Shown here: piece by piece, positions 1 to 9,547 of the stretch
Position numbering within the stretch: position 1 is the stretch's first letter
How the letters are laid out: each line of letters begins with the position of its first letter
The notes under the pieces: model-generated
Seen by the model: only the letters and a program-made list of their open reading frames with translations
Databases searched by the model: none
Told to the model about the DNA's origin: nothing
Program-made: the position numbers and the translations under genes
DNA from: Geobacteraceae bacterium
Lineage (GTDB): Bacteria; Desulfobacterota; Desulfuromonadia; Geobacterales; Geobacteraceae
Direction: 5' to 3'
DNA length: 24,640 nucleotides
Assembly: GCA_035281865.1 (NCBI GenBank)
Contig: DATEVI010000328.1
Location: 1-24,640 of the forward strand

Positions 1-1390
1 CTTCCGTCATGAATCCCCGCATCTTCCGGTCAAAATAACTGATTCCTTCCCGCATGGTTTCGACCACGTAGTCGGGCAGCACCTCACCCAGATCCGTCTC
101 GCGGACTCCGGGCAAATAGGTTGAAGCAAAAACCTTCCCACGGCCTTTTCCCAGAAAAGCCATCAGGTTTTGAGCCGGGGCACAATAGTTTCCTCCACCG
201 GCAAGGAATGCCTTTCGTTCCCAGGTCCGCTGGAATTCTACTCCTGCAAGGGGACCCTGTCCATGAAAATCCTCCTCCCCGACCGGAACCACCAGGGCGC
301 TGTTGGCGAAGGGCGCGTTACGCCTGTAATTACTCATTCCGTTGGTCACAACCATACCTTCTTCGGACGAACCGCCGACTACCACCCCCCCGGGGCACAT
401 GCAGAATGAGTACATTGAACGTTTCGTGCGCGGATTGTTGTAGGCCAGGGCGTAATCGGCCACAGGGAGCGCGGGATGCCCGGGCATCCCGTACTGAATG
501 CGGTTTATCAGCTCCTGGGGATGTTCGACTCGCAGCCCCACGGCAAACGGCTTCTGCCGGAGCTGGACCGAGTGTCGCAGGAGCATTTCGTACGTGTCGC
601 GCGCGCTGTGGCCCGGCGCCAGCACCAGGTGATCGCATGGTATCTGATCATGATCGTTGAGGACGGCCGCAACCAGACTGTCCGCACTGCGGATAATGTC
701 GGTAAGCTTGTGCCGGAAAAGGATCTCAAAACCGGAGGCTTCGAGGCTTCGCCTTATTTCCAGAATGACGTGCCGGAGCCTGTCGGTTCCGATGTGGGGC
801 TTACCCAGGTAGAGGATCTCCCTCGGGGCGCCGAATTGGACCAGCTTTCCCAGTACATATTCCATGTTCGAGTCCCGGACTCGCGTCGTCAACTTTCCGT
901 CCGAAAAGGCGCCCGCTCCACCCTCACCGAACTGGACATTGCTCTCAGGATCGAGCATACCCCTGCTCCAGAACGACTGCACGTCCTGTAGCCTCTCATC
1001 CACCGGCTTGCCACGCTCGACAAGGGTGGCCGTCAGACCGAACTCCGAAAGCCTGATTGCGGCGAAAAGCCCGGCCGGTCCCATCCCCACGATGATGATT
1101 TTCCTGTCGCTGCCGATGCGGGGAAATGACTTCTTTTCCTCTGAAGCCGCCACCTGGACGTCAGGATCATTTCCAAATTTCTTGAGGAAGGCGGTCTCAT
1201 CGCTGACAGAAAATTCAATGGTCCAGATATACTGGATGGATGATTTTTTCCTGGCGTCCAGAGATTTCCGGACAACCCGGAAATGCAGGAGTTCAGCGGC
1301 GCTGAGCGAGAACCTGCCAATCAGCTTTTTCCTGGCTGTACTCTCATCTTCTCTGAAATCGAGGGCGAAGTTGCGAAATAAAAGGGGCAC
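1..1390 (-). CDS. NAD(P)/FAD-dependent oxidoreductase (uncharacterised FAD-dependent dehydrogenase family), 3' end cut off by the window edge
   Basis: Not in the ORF track because it has no stop in the window. Translated by hand from GTG at 1390 (AAGGTG upstream): MPLLFRNFALDF...IIIVGMGPAGLFAA (GxGxxG Rossmann motif)...ERGKPV...FGEGGAGAFSDGKL...FCMCPGG...REGISYFDRKMRGF. The frame was checked at both ends and at the recognisable motifs. Confidence 0.9.
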   Translation of the reverse strand, partial: MPLLFRNFALDFREDESTARKKLIGRFSLSAAELLHFRVVRKSLDARKKSSIQYIWTIEFSVSDETAFLKKFGNDPDVQVAASEEKKSFPRIGSDRKIIIVGMGPAGLFAAIRLSEFGLTATLVERGKPVDERLQDVQSFWSRGMLDPESNVQFGEGGAGAFSDGKLTTRVRDSNMEYVLGKLVQFGAPREILYLGKPHIGTDRLRHVILEIRRSLEASGFEILFRHKLTDIIRSADSLVAAVLNDHDQIPCDHLVLAPGHSARDTYEMLLRHSVQLRQKPFAVGLRVEHPQELINRIQYGMPGHPALPVADYALAYNNPRTKRSMYSFCMCPGGVVVGGSSEEGMVVTNGMSNYRRNAPFANSALVVPVGEEDFHGQGPLAGVEFQRTWERKAFLAGGGNYCAPAQNLMAFLGKGRGKVFASTYLPGVRETDLGEVLPDYVVETMREGISYFDRKMRGFMTE

Positions 1391-1402
1391 GGGATGTCAC
1401 CT

Positions 1403-1813
1403 TCAGCGGGTACCGGTCAACAATATTTTCCGGTCCAGAAGCTGTTCGACAATGATGACGACATCCAGAGGTTTGGTTGACTTGGGGATGTGAACTTTTG
1501 CACCCATCTCCGATGTTCGATGCTCATGGGCTTCTCCCCTGAACATGGAAGTCATCAGGATCATTACCGGGTCCTTCTCGCCCGCAAGCCGGGATATTTC
1601 GAGACAGGTGCTGACCCCTCCCATGTTGGGCATGATCAGGTCGCAGATGACCACATCGGGGGAATGTACCAGATATGCCTTGATGCCGGCTATACCATCG
1701 CCGGTTGTCGTTACCGAAAAACCGTTTTCCAGAAACGCATCCGACATCAGCTTGAGGAAAAAGGGATCGTCATCGATAATGAGAATTTTGGCGCGGCACT
1801 TTTCCATGAACAC
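1403..1813 (-). CDS. Single-domain response regulator (receiver)
   Basis: ILIIDDD acidic pocket, CDLIMP phospho-Asp, conserved Thr (MTS) and Lys (IPKS); no output domain. The start may be ATG 1807. Confidence 0.9.
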   Translation of the reverse strand: MFMEKCRAKILIIDDDPFFLKLMSDAFLENGFSVTTTGDGIAGIKAYLVHSPDVVICDLIMPNMGGVSTCLEISRLAGEKDPVMILMTSMFRGEAHEHRTSEMGAKVHIPKSTKPLDVVIIVEQLLDRKILLTGTR

Positions 1814-1872
1814 CTCTGGAGCGAGTCAGGGAATACTACAATAATATGGCGTGAAATGAAAGGGGAAAGGGT

Positions 1873-3096
1873 TCAGCGGGGCGTCTGGTCGGTCAAGGGC
1901 AACGATATGTTGAAAGCTGCCCCATTCCCTCCGGTATTCTCTACTGCTATCCTGCCATGGTATGTCTTGACAATTCGAAGCACTACCGACAGGCCGAGGC
2001 CCGTGCCGATCTTTTTGGTGGTAAAGAACGGATCAAAAATTTTATTGACATCTTCCTGCGGTATTCCTCTACCGGTATCAGAAACTTTGATGAATATATC
2101 CTTTTCGTTGTGATCGAGAAAGACCTTCAAGATTCCGCCATCGTGCATCTCGTCAATGGAATTTACAAAAAGATTGCTGAATATCTGCTCGATTTCCAGG
2201 GGGTCCGCTGCTATTGGCGGAGGAATCCGGCGAAAGTCACGCTCTACGCAGATTTTGTGCATCTCTATGCGGGATTTGAACAAACCGAGCGTGTCGTCAA
2301 TTATTTTGTCAATTAGAACCTCTTTAATTTCAAACCTGGGACGTTTAACCGCATCAAGCAATTTACGCAGTATCCCGTCTATGCGGTTGATTTCCTTCAT
2401 GATCTTATCCGTGTAATCGATCTTTTCAGGGTCGTCAAGGCCGCTTCTGATAAGCTGGGCAAAGAGCGATATGGAATTCAGCGGGTTTCTTATTTCATGG
2501 GCCATGCCGGCTGAAAAGAAGCCGAGAGTCGACAATTTTTCCGTCTGGATAATTTCCGCCTGGGCCTTTTGCAGCTCAAGTGTCTTTTCCTGTACACGGG
2601 CCTCTAGTTCGCGGTTCCATGCCTCAATTTCCCGTAAAAGATTTTCCCGTTCACGAAGCAACTCACGGTTTTTCAGCTCAACCCGTCGAATCTGCAGGAC
2701 CTTCTGCACCCTGTCAATAAGGTCCTTATTGACAAAAGGCTTCAGAATATAGTCGGAAGCTCCGGCTTTCATGAGCTCCACCGCAATTTCCTCGCTCCCC
2801 TTTCCTGTAAACATAATCACATATGTATCAGGGTAGCGGCGCCTGATTTCCTTCAAGGCGGAAAAACCGTCCATCCCGGGCATCATGTAGTCTACAATCG
2901 CCAAGTCGGGCTTTTCTGCCTCAATTACGGTCAGAGCTTCCGGTGCGCTGGAGGCAACGAGTGCCCTAAAACCACGGTTCCTGAGCAGGACCGAAATCAG
3001 ATCGAGATTTACCTTCTCGTCATCGACAACGAGAACAGTGTTTTGTTCCTGTACTGTCACCGTATTCATTCCTTGTGCTGCAACCTTGTGCTGCAA
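1873..3096 (-). CDS. Cytoplasmic hybrid histidine kinase (receiver - coiled coil - HisKA - HATPase)
   Basis: N-terminal receiver (VLVVDDE, VDYMMP, FTG, ILKPF), H-box AHEIRNPL, N-box NLFVNS, DTGRGI, FFTTK and GTGLGL. No transmembrane segment. The true start is probably ATG 3069 or GTG 3060. Confidence 0.93.
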   Translation of the reverse strand: MQHKVAAQGMNTVTVQEQNTVLVVDDEKVNLDLISVLLRNRGFRALVASSAPEALTVIEAEKPDLAIVDYMMPGMDGFSALKEIRRRYPDTYVIMFTGKGSEEIAVELMKAGASDYILKPFVNKDLIDRVQKVLQIRRVELKNRELLRERENLLREIEAWNRELEARVQEKTLELQKAQAEIIQTEKLSTLGFFSAGMAHEIRNPLNSISLFAQLIRSGLDDPEKIDYTDKIMKEINRIDGILRKLLDAVKRPRFEIKEVLIDKIIDDTLGLFKSRIEMHKICVERDFRRIPPPIAADPLEIEQIFSNLFVNSIDEMHDGGILKVFLDHNEKDIFIKVSDTGRGIPQEDVNKIFDPFFTTKKIGTGLGLSVVLRIVKTYHGRIAVENTGGNGAAFNISLPLTDQTPR

Positions 3097-3158
3097 TCAT
3101 ACGAAAGCATGTACATATGCAGACTTCACTATCAGAAAGATAAACTTCCTGCAACATG

Positions 3159-3180
3159 AAAAAGGCAGCCTTCAGCTGCC
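3159..3180 (-). terminator. Intrinsic terminator after the usp gene
   Basis: Minus strand GGCAGC-TGAAG-GCTGCC followed by TTTTT, about 35 nt after the usp stop. Confidence 0.65.
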
Positions 3181-3214
3181 CTCAGTTGCCTTATGCCTGT
3201 CCTGCCCGTAACGC

Positions 3215-3670
3215 CTATGCGCCGGTTGCCGGTGGACGAACTGTCATGACGGGACAAAGAGCGTTTCTCACCACTCTTTCTGCAGTACTTCCGAAAAGAA
3301 AATGGTCGATTCCGGCCCTTCCATGGGTTCCCATCACAATCAGATCAGCATTTTCATCACCGGCCTTCTTTAGTATCTCTTCATACGGTATGCCCGAGGC
3401 GGTGCATTTTTCGTAGTTATCATAATTTTTCAATTTCTGGCTGCAAAACTTGTCCATCATTTTCTCTGCACTTTGTGTAATCTCACGCTCAATAGTATCA
3501 AAAGAAATGTGAGGCACGTAAAAACCTCGCAAGTCGACCGGTTCATTTATCACGTGAATCACAATGAGTCTCGAATTGAATTTTTCCGCAAGGGATGCAG
3601 CATAATCAAATGCATACTCCGAGGTCTCGGAGAAATCGGTTGCGTACAGTATTTTCTTGAATTCTTTCAT
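3215..3670 (-). CDS. Universal stress protein (UspA family)
   Basis: KILYATDFS, DLIVMGTHGR, the ATP-binding motif G-x2-G-x9-GS (GTHGRAGIDHFLFGS) and CPVMTVR. Confidence 0.95.
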   Translation of the reverse strand: MKEFKKILYATDFSETSEYAFDYAASLAEKFNSRLIVIHVINEPVDLRGFYVPHISFDTIEREITQSAEKMMDKFCSQKLKNYDNYEKCTASGIPYEEILKKAGDENADLIVMGTHGRAGIDHFLFGSTAERVVRNALCPVMTVRPPATGA

Positions 3671-3724
3671 GGCATGCCCCCTCTGCGTATTGTCAGGCAG
3701 GCGGATCGGTTTTTCGAGACCCCG

Positions 3725-4105
3725 TTAATGGACGGTTTCTGTCAATACTTTTTTCAGGATCAGCTTCAATTCATCAATTCTTACAGGTTTGTTTACATAT
3801 TCGAAAGCGCCGAGATTCATTGCTTCAAGGTATGACTCAACACCACCGTATGCTGTTATCATAATAACATGCGTATTTGGATAGTTCCTGTTCAGTTCCC
3901 TGAGGAATGTAATGCCATCCATCTCGGGCATATTGATGTCCGTTACTATGACATTTACCTTTTGTCCGCGAAGATAATTCAGGGCTTCATAGCCGTTCGC
4001 CACACTGTCGACCAGAAAACCTTCCTTAGCAAGGAGCCTGCTCAGTGCGATACGTGCATTTTCCTCATCATCTACAACCAGAATTCTTGTCGCATTTTTT
4101 CCCAA
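3725..4105 (-). CDS. Single-domain response regulator (receiver)
   Basis: ILVVDDE, TDINMP, ITAYG, NKPV. The ORF track starts at 4168, but that codon lies in a promoter-like sequence. TTG 4105, preceded by GGGTG, is the likelier start. Confidence 0.88.
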   Translation of the reverse strand: MGKNATRILVVDDEENARIALSRLLAKEGFLVDSVANGYEALNYLRGQKVNVIVTDINMPEMDGITFLRELNRNYPNTHVIMITAYGGVESYLEAMNLGAFEYVNKPVRIDELKLILKKVLTETVH

Positions 4106-4140
4106 GTCGGCACCCAAATTTCTGAAATCACACGAGCTTA

Positions 4141-4168
4141 AGTGTAGCATTGACACCTGACCTGTCAA
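4141..4168 (-). promoter_or_regulatory. Sigma70-type promoter for the receiver-usp genes, overlapped by a palindrome
   Basis: Minus strand TTGACA-N16-TACACT with a TG extension (TGCTACACT). The inverted repeat TTGACA-N7-TGTCAA spans 4150-4168. Confidence 0.55.
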
Positions 4169-4198
4169 GCTTCCGCACCAGGAAAATAGCTCTCCTGA

Positions 4199-5047
4199 TC
4201 AACGTTGGCCTTTTCCGGCTTTCAGAACGACATGAGTTGTTTCTCCTCTTTCGCCGAAAGACTTCAATGTCTTGCCGTTAAGTTCGGCCTCGATACCTCC
4301 TGAATTACCGATGTCGAGGGTAAAACCCTTTTCGCCTTTCCACTCGATCAAATCTCCGGCTTTCAATTCATAATGCTGGGTAATGGCTTCATCTATCGCA
4401 ATATCCAGCCAGCCGTCCTCAATGACCCTTATTTTAAGCACCAACCCGTTCGGGACGGCGGGAAGGGCAACCGGCAGTTCTCCGGCAAATTCTTCCTTAA
4501 TTCTCTCAGTCGTCTCCGGCTCAGGAATATTTTCCGCAACTCCCGCAGCTTGTTCCTGAGGCAAAACCAGCCCTCCCGGTTTCACCGCCGGAGGAATCGC
4601 ATCAGTCCGACTCCCGCTTCTATCTTTGACGAATGGGAAATTTAAAAGAAAGTAGGATGCAACGCCAGCCGCGACGAGAAAGGATGCCAGTACATACAGG
4701 AGCCGACTGGCCGGCAAGAGACGCCTTTTCTTGTCCTGAGCACTTTCTGTCGGGGGTTCAGGGTTGTCCTGATAGATGTCAACCCCTGAAGTTTCCTTTT
4801 CATACAAATGAACAATTTCATTTTCAGGGAGTTTCAGATAGGTGGCGTAGGCGCGGAGAAAACCTTTGGCATAGGCGACACTGGGGAGCCGGTTATACAT
4901 TCCCTCTTCAAGTGCCTTCAGATATCCCTTCCCGATACGCGTAACCCGTGCGGCGTCATCGAGGCTTACTCCGCGGTTTCCACGCGCTTCCTTCAGAACC
5001 GCTCCAACAGGTTTCCACTTTTTTTCGACTTTGCACTGGTCAGTCAA
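4199..5047 (-). CDS. rodZ: RodZ-like cytoskeletal protein (N-terminal HTH, one TM helix, C-terminal periplasmic domain)
   Basis: VGAVLKEARGNRGVSLDDAARVTRIGKGYLKALEEG...YAKGFLRAYATYLKL HTH; TM LLYVLASFLVAAGVASYFLL; C-terminal IGNSGGIEAELNGK. Lies in the ndk-rlmN-TPR-rodZ order. TTG start with a GAGGA RBS. Confidence 0.85.
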   Translation of the reverse strand: MTDQCKVEKKWKPVGAVLKEARGNRGVSLDDAARVTRIGKGYLKALEEGMYNRLPSVAYAKGFLRAYATYLKLPENEIVHLYEKETSGVDIYQDNPEPPTESAQDKKRRLLPASRLLYVLASFLVAAGVASYFLLNFPFVKDRSGSRTDAIPPAVKPGGLVLPQEQAAGVAENIPEPETTERIKEEFAGELPVALPAVPNGLVLKIRVIEDGWLDIAIDEAITQHYELKAGDLIEWKGEKGFTLDIGNSGGIEAELNGKTLKSFGERGETTHVVLKAGKGQR

Positions 5048-5056
5048 CTTGTCCTC

Positions 5057-5800
5057 TCACTTCAACCCTTCCAGATGTTCCCTGGAAAGGTAGCCGATCT
5101 CCAAGTCAGGCGCAATTCGAATCACTTCCAGAAATGAAGATCTGGCTGATTCGTTGTCCCTGGTTTTTACATAGGCAAGGCCAAGGTAGTAATGGGCCTT
5201 GGCATAATTCTTTTCCAGTGCCACCGCTTTTTTGTATTCGGCAATTGCAATCTCCGTTTTTTCAGTCGCAAAGTATACCCTCCCTAAATCAAGCCGAGCG
5301 ATGGGATTTCCTGGATTTTGGGTGACTGCCGAACGGAAGATCGACAATGCCCTGCCATAATCTCCCTTCCCGTAATAGGCCCTACCCATATTTATCATGG
5401 CGGTTTCCTGGCCGGGGTAGAAAATATCGTCTGCTACTATGTTGAACTGTTGGGCGGCATCATCCCACCGGCCCATGGCAAGATAGTTCAGACCCAGATT
5501 GTTTTTCGCTTCGGTATAGTCGGGTTTCAGAGAAATCGCTTTCAGATATTTTTGTTCGGCCAGTTCATACTTATTTTTGCCGAAGTAGGCCCGCCCGAGG
5601 GAATTCAGCACCAACGGGTCATCAGGGGTCAATTTCTCCGCCTCCACAAGTTCTACGAGAGCGCTGGTGATGTTGTTCTCACCAAGAAAAGAGAGCCCCA
5701 TCTGGTAATGATACAAGGCCTGCTTTCTCGAGGCCTCGCCTAATGCGCATGAAGAAAGTGTCAGAGCCGCACATAGAAGATACGGGAGCAGATATTTCAT
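5057..5800 (-). CDS. TPR-repeat lipoprotein, PilF/PilW-like
   Basis: Signal peptide with lipobox LTLSSC, several TPR units (AKNNLGLNYLAMG, AMINMGRAY, AHYYLGLAY), AGGAGG RBS, and the conserved position upstream of rodZ. Confidence 0.85.
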   Translation of the reverse strand: MKYLLPYLLCAALTLSSCALGEASRKQALYHYQMGLSFLGENNITSALVELVEAEKLTPDDPLVLNSLGRAYFGKNKYELAEQKYLKAISLKPDYTEAKNNLGLNYLAMGRWDDAAQQFNIVADDIFYPGQETAMINMGRAYYGKGDYGRALSIFRSAVTQNPGNPIARLDLGRVYFATEKTEIAIAEYKKAVALEKNYAKAHYYLGLAYVKTRDNESARSSFLEVIRIAPDLEIGYLSREHLEGLK

Positions 5801-5856
5801 GTAAACCTCCTCTTTTCCGGAGCGTCAATCGGGGGGGGAAAACTGCTGGCCAGGAC

Positions 5857-6786
5857 TTACGGGAAGCCTCCCATTTCAGGAAGTCCCTCAAAATGCGTCA
5901 TCGCCTTCAAACCCCGGAAACGATCTTCAATTTCTTTGTAGGTGAGCTTTTTCAGTCTGTTCAGACTGAAATCCTCCACGGTAAATGAAGCCATCACGCT
6001 ACCGAATATGATGGCCCTGCGTATCCCCTCTTCGGAAGTGTCAGCAGTGTTGGCGAGGTAGCCCATGAATCCTCCGGCGAAGGTGTCCCCTGCACCGGTC
6101 GGATCGAAAACTTCCTCCAGCGGATATGCAGGCGCGGCGAAGATGGAAGAATCAGTAAACATCAGGACTCCATATTCACCACGTTTGACGATCAGGGTCT
6201 TGACCCCGATATCCAGTAATTTTCGCGCGGCCTTTACCAGATTCGGTTCTTGGGAGAACTGTCGAGCCTCGGCGTCGTTAATTATCAGTATGTCGACGTT
6301 TTTGACGACATTTCGAAGAGCCTCGGGCTTGGAGGTTATCCAGTAATTCATAGTGTCGCTGGCGACGACTTTGGGACTGTTAACCTGGCTCAGAACTTCC
6401 ATCTGCAGGTCGGGATCGATGTTCGCAAGGAAGATAAAGTCGCTGTCGGCGTACGATGAAGGTATTCTGGGCTTGAAACTCTCAAATACATTCAGGTGAG
6501 TTGCCAGCGTCTGCGCCTCGTTGAGATCGTATCCGTACTTTCCTTCCCATCGGAAAGTCTCCCCTGAATCTCTAACCAGACCCTGAAGGTCGATGGAACG
6601 GGATTGAAGAAAATCAACATGTTCCTGCGGGAAATCTTCGCCAACTACGGCGACCAGATTCACATCGGTGAAAAAACTTGCCGATGTGGAGAAGTACACC
6701 GCCGAACCCCCAAGCACATTCTGCACCTTGCCGAAAGGAGTCTCAATCGAATCAAAAGCTACTGAGCCTACCACAAGAATACTCAT
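5857..6786 (-). CDS. PfkB/ribokinase-family carbohydrate or nucleoside kinase
   Basis: N-terminal VVGSVAFD and LGGSA; C-terminal PfkB signature DPTGAGDTFAGGF. Confidence 0.92.
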   Translation of the reverse strand: MSILVVGSVAFDSIETPFGKVQNVLGGSAVYFSTSASFFTDVNLVAVVGEDFPQEHVDFLQSRSIDLQGLVRDSGETFRWEGKYGYDLNEAQTLATHLNVFESFKPRIPSSYADSDFIFLANIDPDLQMEVLSQVNSPKVVASDTMNYWITSKPEALRNVVKNVDILIINDAEARQFSQEPNLVKAARKLLDIGVKTLIVKRGEYGVLMFTDSSIFAAPAYPLEEVFDPTGAGDTFAGGFMGYLANTADTSEEGIRRAIIFGSVMASFTVEDFSLNRLKKLTYKEIEDRFRGLKAMTHFEGLPEMGGFP

Positions 6787-6846
6787 GTAATAATCTCCCC
6801 GAAAAAAAACGCGCCTCTTGTCTGCGAGAACCCGCAGTGACTGTCG

Positions 6847-7716
6847 CTATGGAAAATATTTTCCTATGATTGTGTCGAGTTTTGCCCTGCTTTCTTCCGA
6901 AATCATCATCCTGTCAGTGATAATCGCATACTGCAGAGCAGATGAGCAAGGGCATTCCCGCTGCGAAGAAATACGCGGGACGGCATTTTTTATAATGGTT
7001 CCGGCTGCGGCTACATTCTGCCGGATAATTGCCATGATCGCGTCTACCGACACATCGTCATGGGACTCGTGCCAGCAATCGTAATCGGTTGCAAGGGCCA
7101 GGACACCATAGCATATCTCGGCCTCCCGCGCCAGCTTGGCCTCGGGAATGTTTGTCATTCCGATCACGGAAGCGCCGATCGTGCGATACATATTCGACTC
7201 CGCACGTGTTGAGAAGGCGGGACCTTCCATGCAGATATATGTACCGCCGCGATGAGCCATCACGCCGGCTTCCCTCGTCGCACTATACAGGATATCGCTC
7301 AGTACTTCGCAGACAGGGTCAGCAAACTGCACATGCGCCACAATACCGTTACCGAAAAAGGTGTTTGCCCTTGTTCCGTTAGTGCGGTCGATAAACTGAT
7401 CAGGGATGACTATGTGTCCGGGGGCGATTTCTTCCTTCATGCTGCCGACGGCGGAAACAGAAATGAGATGGGTAACTCCGAGCTTCTTCATTCCGTATAT
7501 GTTTGCCCGATAGTTCACTTCCGTGGGGAGCAGTCGGTGACCTCTTCCGTGTCGAGGGAGGAATACCATTCTGACCCCGTCCAGAACGCCCGTGACGAAT
7601 TCGTCCGACGGCTCGCCGAAAGGCGTTTCCAGCCTTAACCGGGTGATTCCGCTCAGCCCCTCCAACTCGTAGAGTCCACTGCCTCCGATTACCCCTACAC
7701 AATGTTCTTCCATCAT
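6847..7716 (-). CDS. mtnP: S-methyl-5'-thioadenosine phosphorylase
   Basis: GVIGGSG, LPRHGRGH, EGPAFSTRAES, IGMT and ATDYD motifs; GGAGGA RBS. Confidence 0.93.
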   Translation of the reverse strand: MMEEHCVGVIGGSGLYELEGLSGITRLRLETPFGEPSDEFVTGVLDGVRMVFLPRHGRGHRLLPTEVNYRANIYGMKKLGVTHLISVSAVGSMKEEIAPGHIVIPDQFIDRTNGTRANTFFGNGIVAHVQFADPVCEVLSDILYSATREAGVMAHRGGTYICMEGPAFSTRAESNMYRTIGASVIGMTNIPEAKLAREAEICYGVLALATDYDCWHESHDDVSVDAIMAIIRQNVAAAGTIIKNAVPRISSQRECPCSSALQYAIITDRMMISEESRAKLDTIIGKYFP

Positions 7717-7805
7717 TCCTCCAAAAAATGCATTATAAGTGTCGATGGATCCGCTCCGCTTAAGCGTTAGAGAGGAAACCTTCTTGGACGCTCTAACTCG
7801 TCAAC

Positions 7806-8873
7806 TTATCCTCGCTTTCCTCGTGTCTCCGCTTCAACGCTTTCCAACGGCCTCTCCAGCCTCCCCTTGAGCTGTCCACAGGCTGCCGAAATATCCCCTC
7901 CCCTGCTGGAGCGGGTAATAACCGTGATGTTTCTGTCAAGCAGGTATTTGTGGAAACGGTCGATCTCCGCCTGTTCCGGGCTTTTGTATACACACCCCTC
8001 GTATTCGTTGAACGGTATCAGGTTAACCTTGGCGGGGATACCGTGAATAAGTTTCACGAATCTCTTTGCATCATCAAGGGAATCGTTAACACCCCCTATC
8101 AGAACATATTCAAAGGTAATCATCCGTCTGGATGGCAGAGGAAATTTCCTGCATGCAGCAAGAAGCTGCTGAATCGGGTATTTCCTGTTAACCGGCATGA
8201 TCCTGTCACGTTGCTCATCTGTCGTTGCATTAAGTGAAACTGCGAGGTTAACCGTTACGGACCTACCCAGGATTTCCATTTCGGGAACGAGACCTGATGT
8301 CGAAATAGTTACCCTTCGGTTGGAAAACTGTAGTCCGTCGGGACTTATTAGGACCTTAACCGCTTTTATGACGTTCTCCAGATTCGCCAGTGGCTCGCCC
8401 ATACCCATGAAGACTATATTCCTGATATCCTGTGTGTTTTTAACGGCACACACTTGATTGATTATCTCCGCGCAACTTAGGTTGCGCTCCAGCCCGAAGC
8501 TGCCGGTCAGGCAGAACCTGCAGCCCATCGCACAGCCAACCTGACTGGAAACACAGAGAGTATTGCGGCCTTCATCGGGTATCAGAACTGACTCGACACA
8601 AGCTCCGTCAGCTAGGCGAAACAGGTACTTCCTTGTCCCGTCTGGCGACGATTCCTCGACTTCCGGGCCAAAAGTGGTCACAAATGCACGGCCGGACAGA
8701 TCATTCCTGAAATCTTTTGAAAGATTGGACATCTGGTCAAACGTGGTTGCGTTCTTCTGGTATATCCATTTGAAAATCTGTTTCGCCCGGTATTTTTCCT
8801 TGCCCAAACCTTGAAGAAAATCTTCAAGCTCTTCAAGGCTTAAGTTTTTTATATCTACTTTGTTCATGTCCAA
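7806..8873 (-). CDS. rlmN: Radical SAM rRNA/tRNA C2-methyltransferase RlmN
   Basis: [15 protein letters not shown] (CxxxCxxC), [14 protein letters not shown] and C-terminal AACGQL. Confidence 0.96.
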   Translation of the reverse strand: MDMNKVDIKNLSLEELEDFLQGLGKEKYRAKQIFKWIYQKNATTFDQMSNLSKDFRNDLSGRAFVTTFGPEVEESSPDGTRKYLFRLADGACVESVLIPDEGRNTLCVSSQVGCAMGCRFCLTGSFGLERNLSCAEIINQVCAVKNTQDIRNIVFMGMGEPLANLENVIKAVKVLISPDGLQFSNRRVTISTSGLVPEMEILGRSVTVNLAVSLNATTDEQRDRIMPVNRKYPIQQLLAACRKFPLPSRRMITFEYVLIGGVNDSLDDAKRFVKLIHGIPAKVNLIPFNEYEGCVYKSPEQAEIDRFHKYLLDRNITVITRSSRGGDISAACGQLKGRLERPLESVEAETRGKRG

Positions 8874-8879
8874 GATATG

Positions 8880-8903
8880 AAAAAGCCCTTCATTGGGAAG
8901 GGC
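8880..8903 (-). terminator. Terminator-like hairpin between ndk and rlmN
   Basis: Minus strand GCCCTTC-CCAAT-GAAGGGC followed by TTTTCAT. It ends about 7 nt before the rlmN ATG, so readthrough is probably partial. Confidence 0.5.
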
Positions 8904-8924
8904 CGCTCTATTTTCTATTTCGCC

Positions 8925-9341
8925 CTATTGAGCAAGCTCTAATTGACTGAAAAAATATGGTATCTCGAATGCCGCGGATTCCGATGAATCCGAACCGTGC
9001 ACACAATTTTCCCCGATGCTCAGGCCGAATGCCTTCCTTATTGTTCCCGTCTCCGCTTCTGCAGGGTTCGTCGCGCCCATGAGCCTGCGCCATTCAGGAA
9101 CGGCGTTCCCTTTTTCCAGAACCAAAACAACAACAGAACTCCTGGACATATATGCACAGAGGTCGTTGAAAAAAGGTCGTTCCCTGTGAACGTAGTAAAA
9201 ACCTTCCGCCCCTGACTTGCCAAGACGAATCTTTTTCATTCCCACTATGGTAAAACCGGCAGACTCGATTTTTTCCAAGATTTTGCCGGTGATATTTCTT
9301 TCAACCGCATCGGGCTTTATTATCGCCAAAGTCCTGTTCAC
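8925..9341 (-). CDS. ndk: Nucleoside diphosphate kinase
   Basis: [20 protein letters not shown] and catalytic His in NCVHGSDS; GTG start with a GGAGG RBS. Confidence 0.97.
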   Translation of the reverse strand: MNRTLAIIKPDAVERNITGKILEKIESAGFTIVGMKKIRLGKSGAEGFYYVHRERPFFNDLCAYMSRSSVVVLVLEKGNAVPEWRRLMGATNPAEAETGTIRKAFGLSIGENCVHGSDSSESAAFEIPYFFSQLELAQ

Positions 9342-9384
9342 TATTTCCTCCAGATGGATGGATTTGCCTCTAACCTAGCGTTTT

Positions 9385-9413
9385 TTGATAACATTCGTCA
9401 CCCGGATTGTCAA
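9385..9413 (-). promoter_or_regulatory. Sigma70-type promoter of ndk
   Basis: Minus strand TTGACA-N17-TATCAA with a TG extension. Confidence 0.6.
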
Positions 9414-9484
9414 GCGGATTTGTACACGCGCACAGTATCCTGCAGTTGCCTCTGAGACAATTAAGAATGTCAGGTTTTACGCAT

Positions 9485-9517
9485 AAAAAAAGCCTACAGA
9501 CAAATCTGTAGGCTTTT
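9485..9517 (-). terminator. Intrinsic terminator of the small lipoprotein gene (possibly bidirectional)
   Basis: AAAAGCCTACAGA-CAAA-TCTGTAGGCTTTT perfect stem, with a T7 tract on the minus strand. Confidence 0.8.
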
Positions 9518-9547
9518 CATCCTGTTGAAAGGAAGGCAAAGTGCCGA

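Noticed and set aside
5826-5845. G8 tract (C8 on the coding strand) just upstream of the TPR lipoprotein RBS
   Set aside because: Eight bases is short for phase variation and the tract is intergenic. Pairing with the AGGAGG RBS is possible but unsupported.
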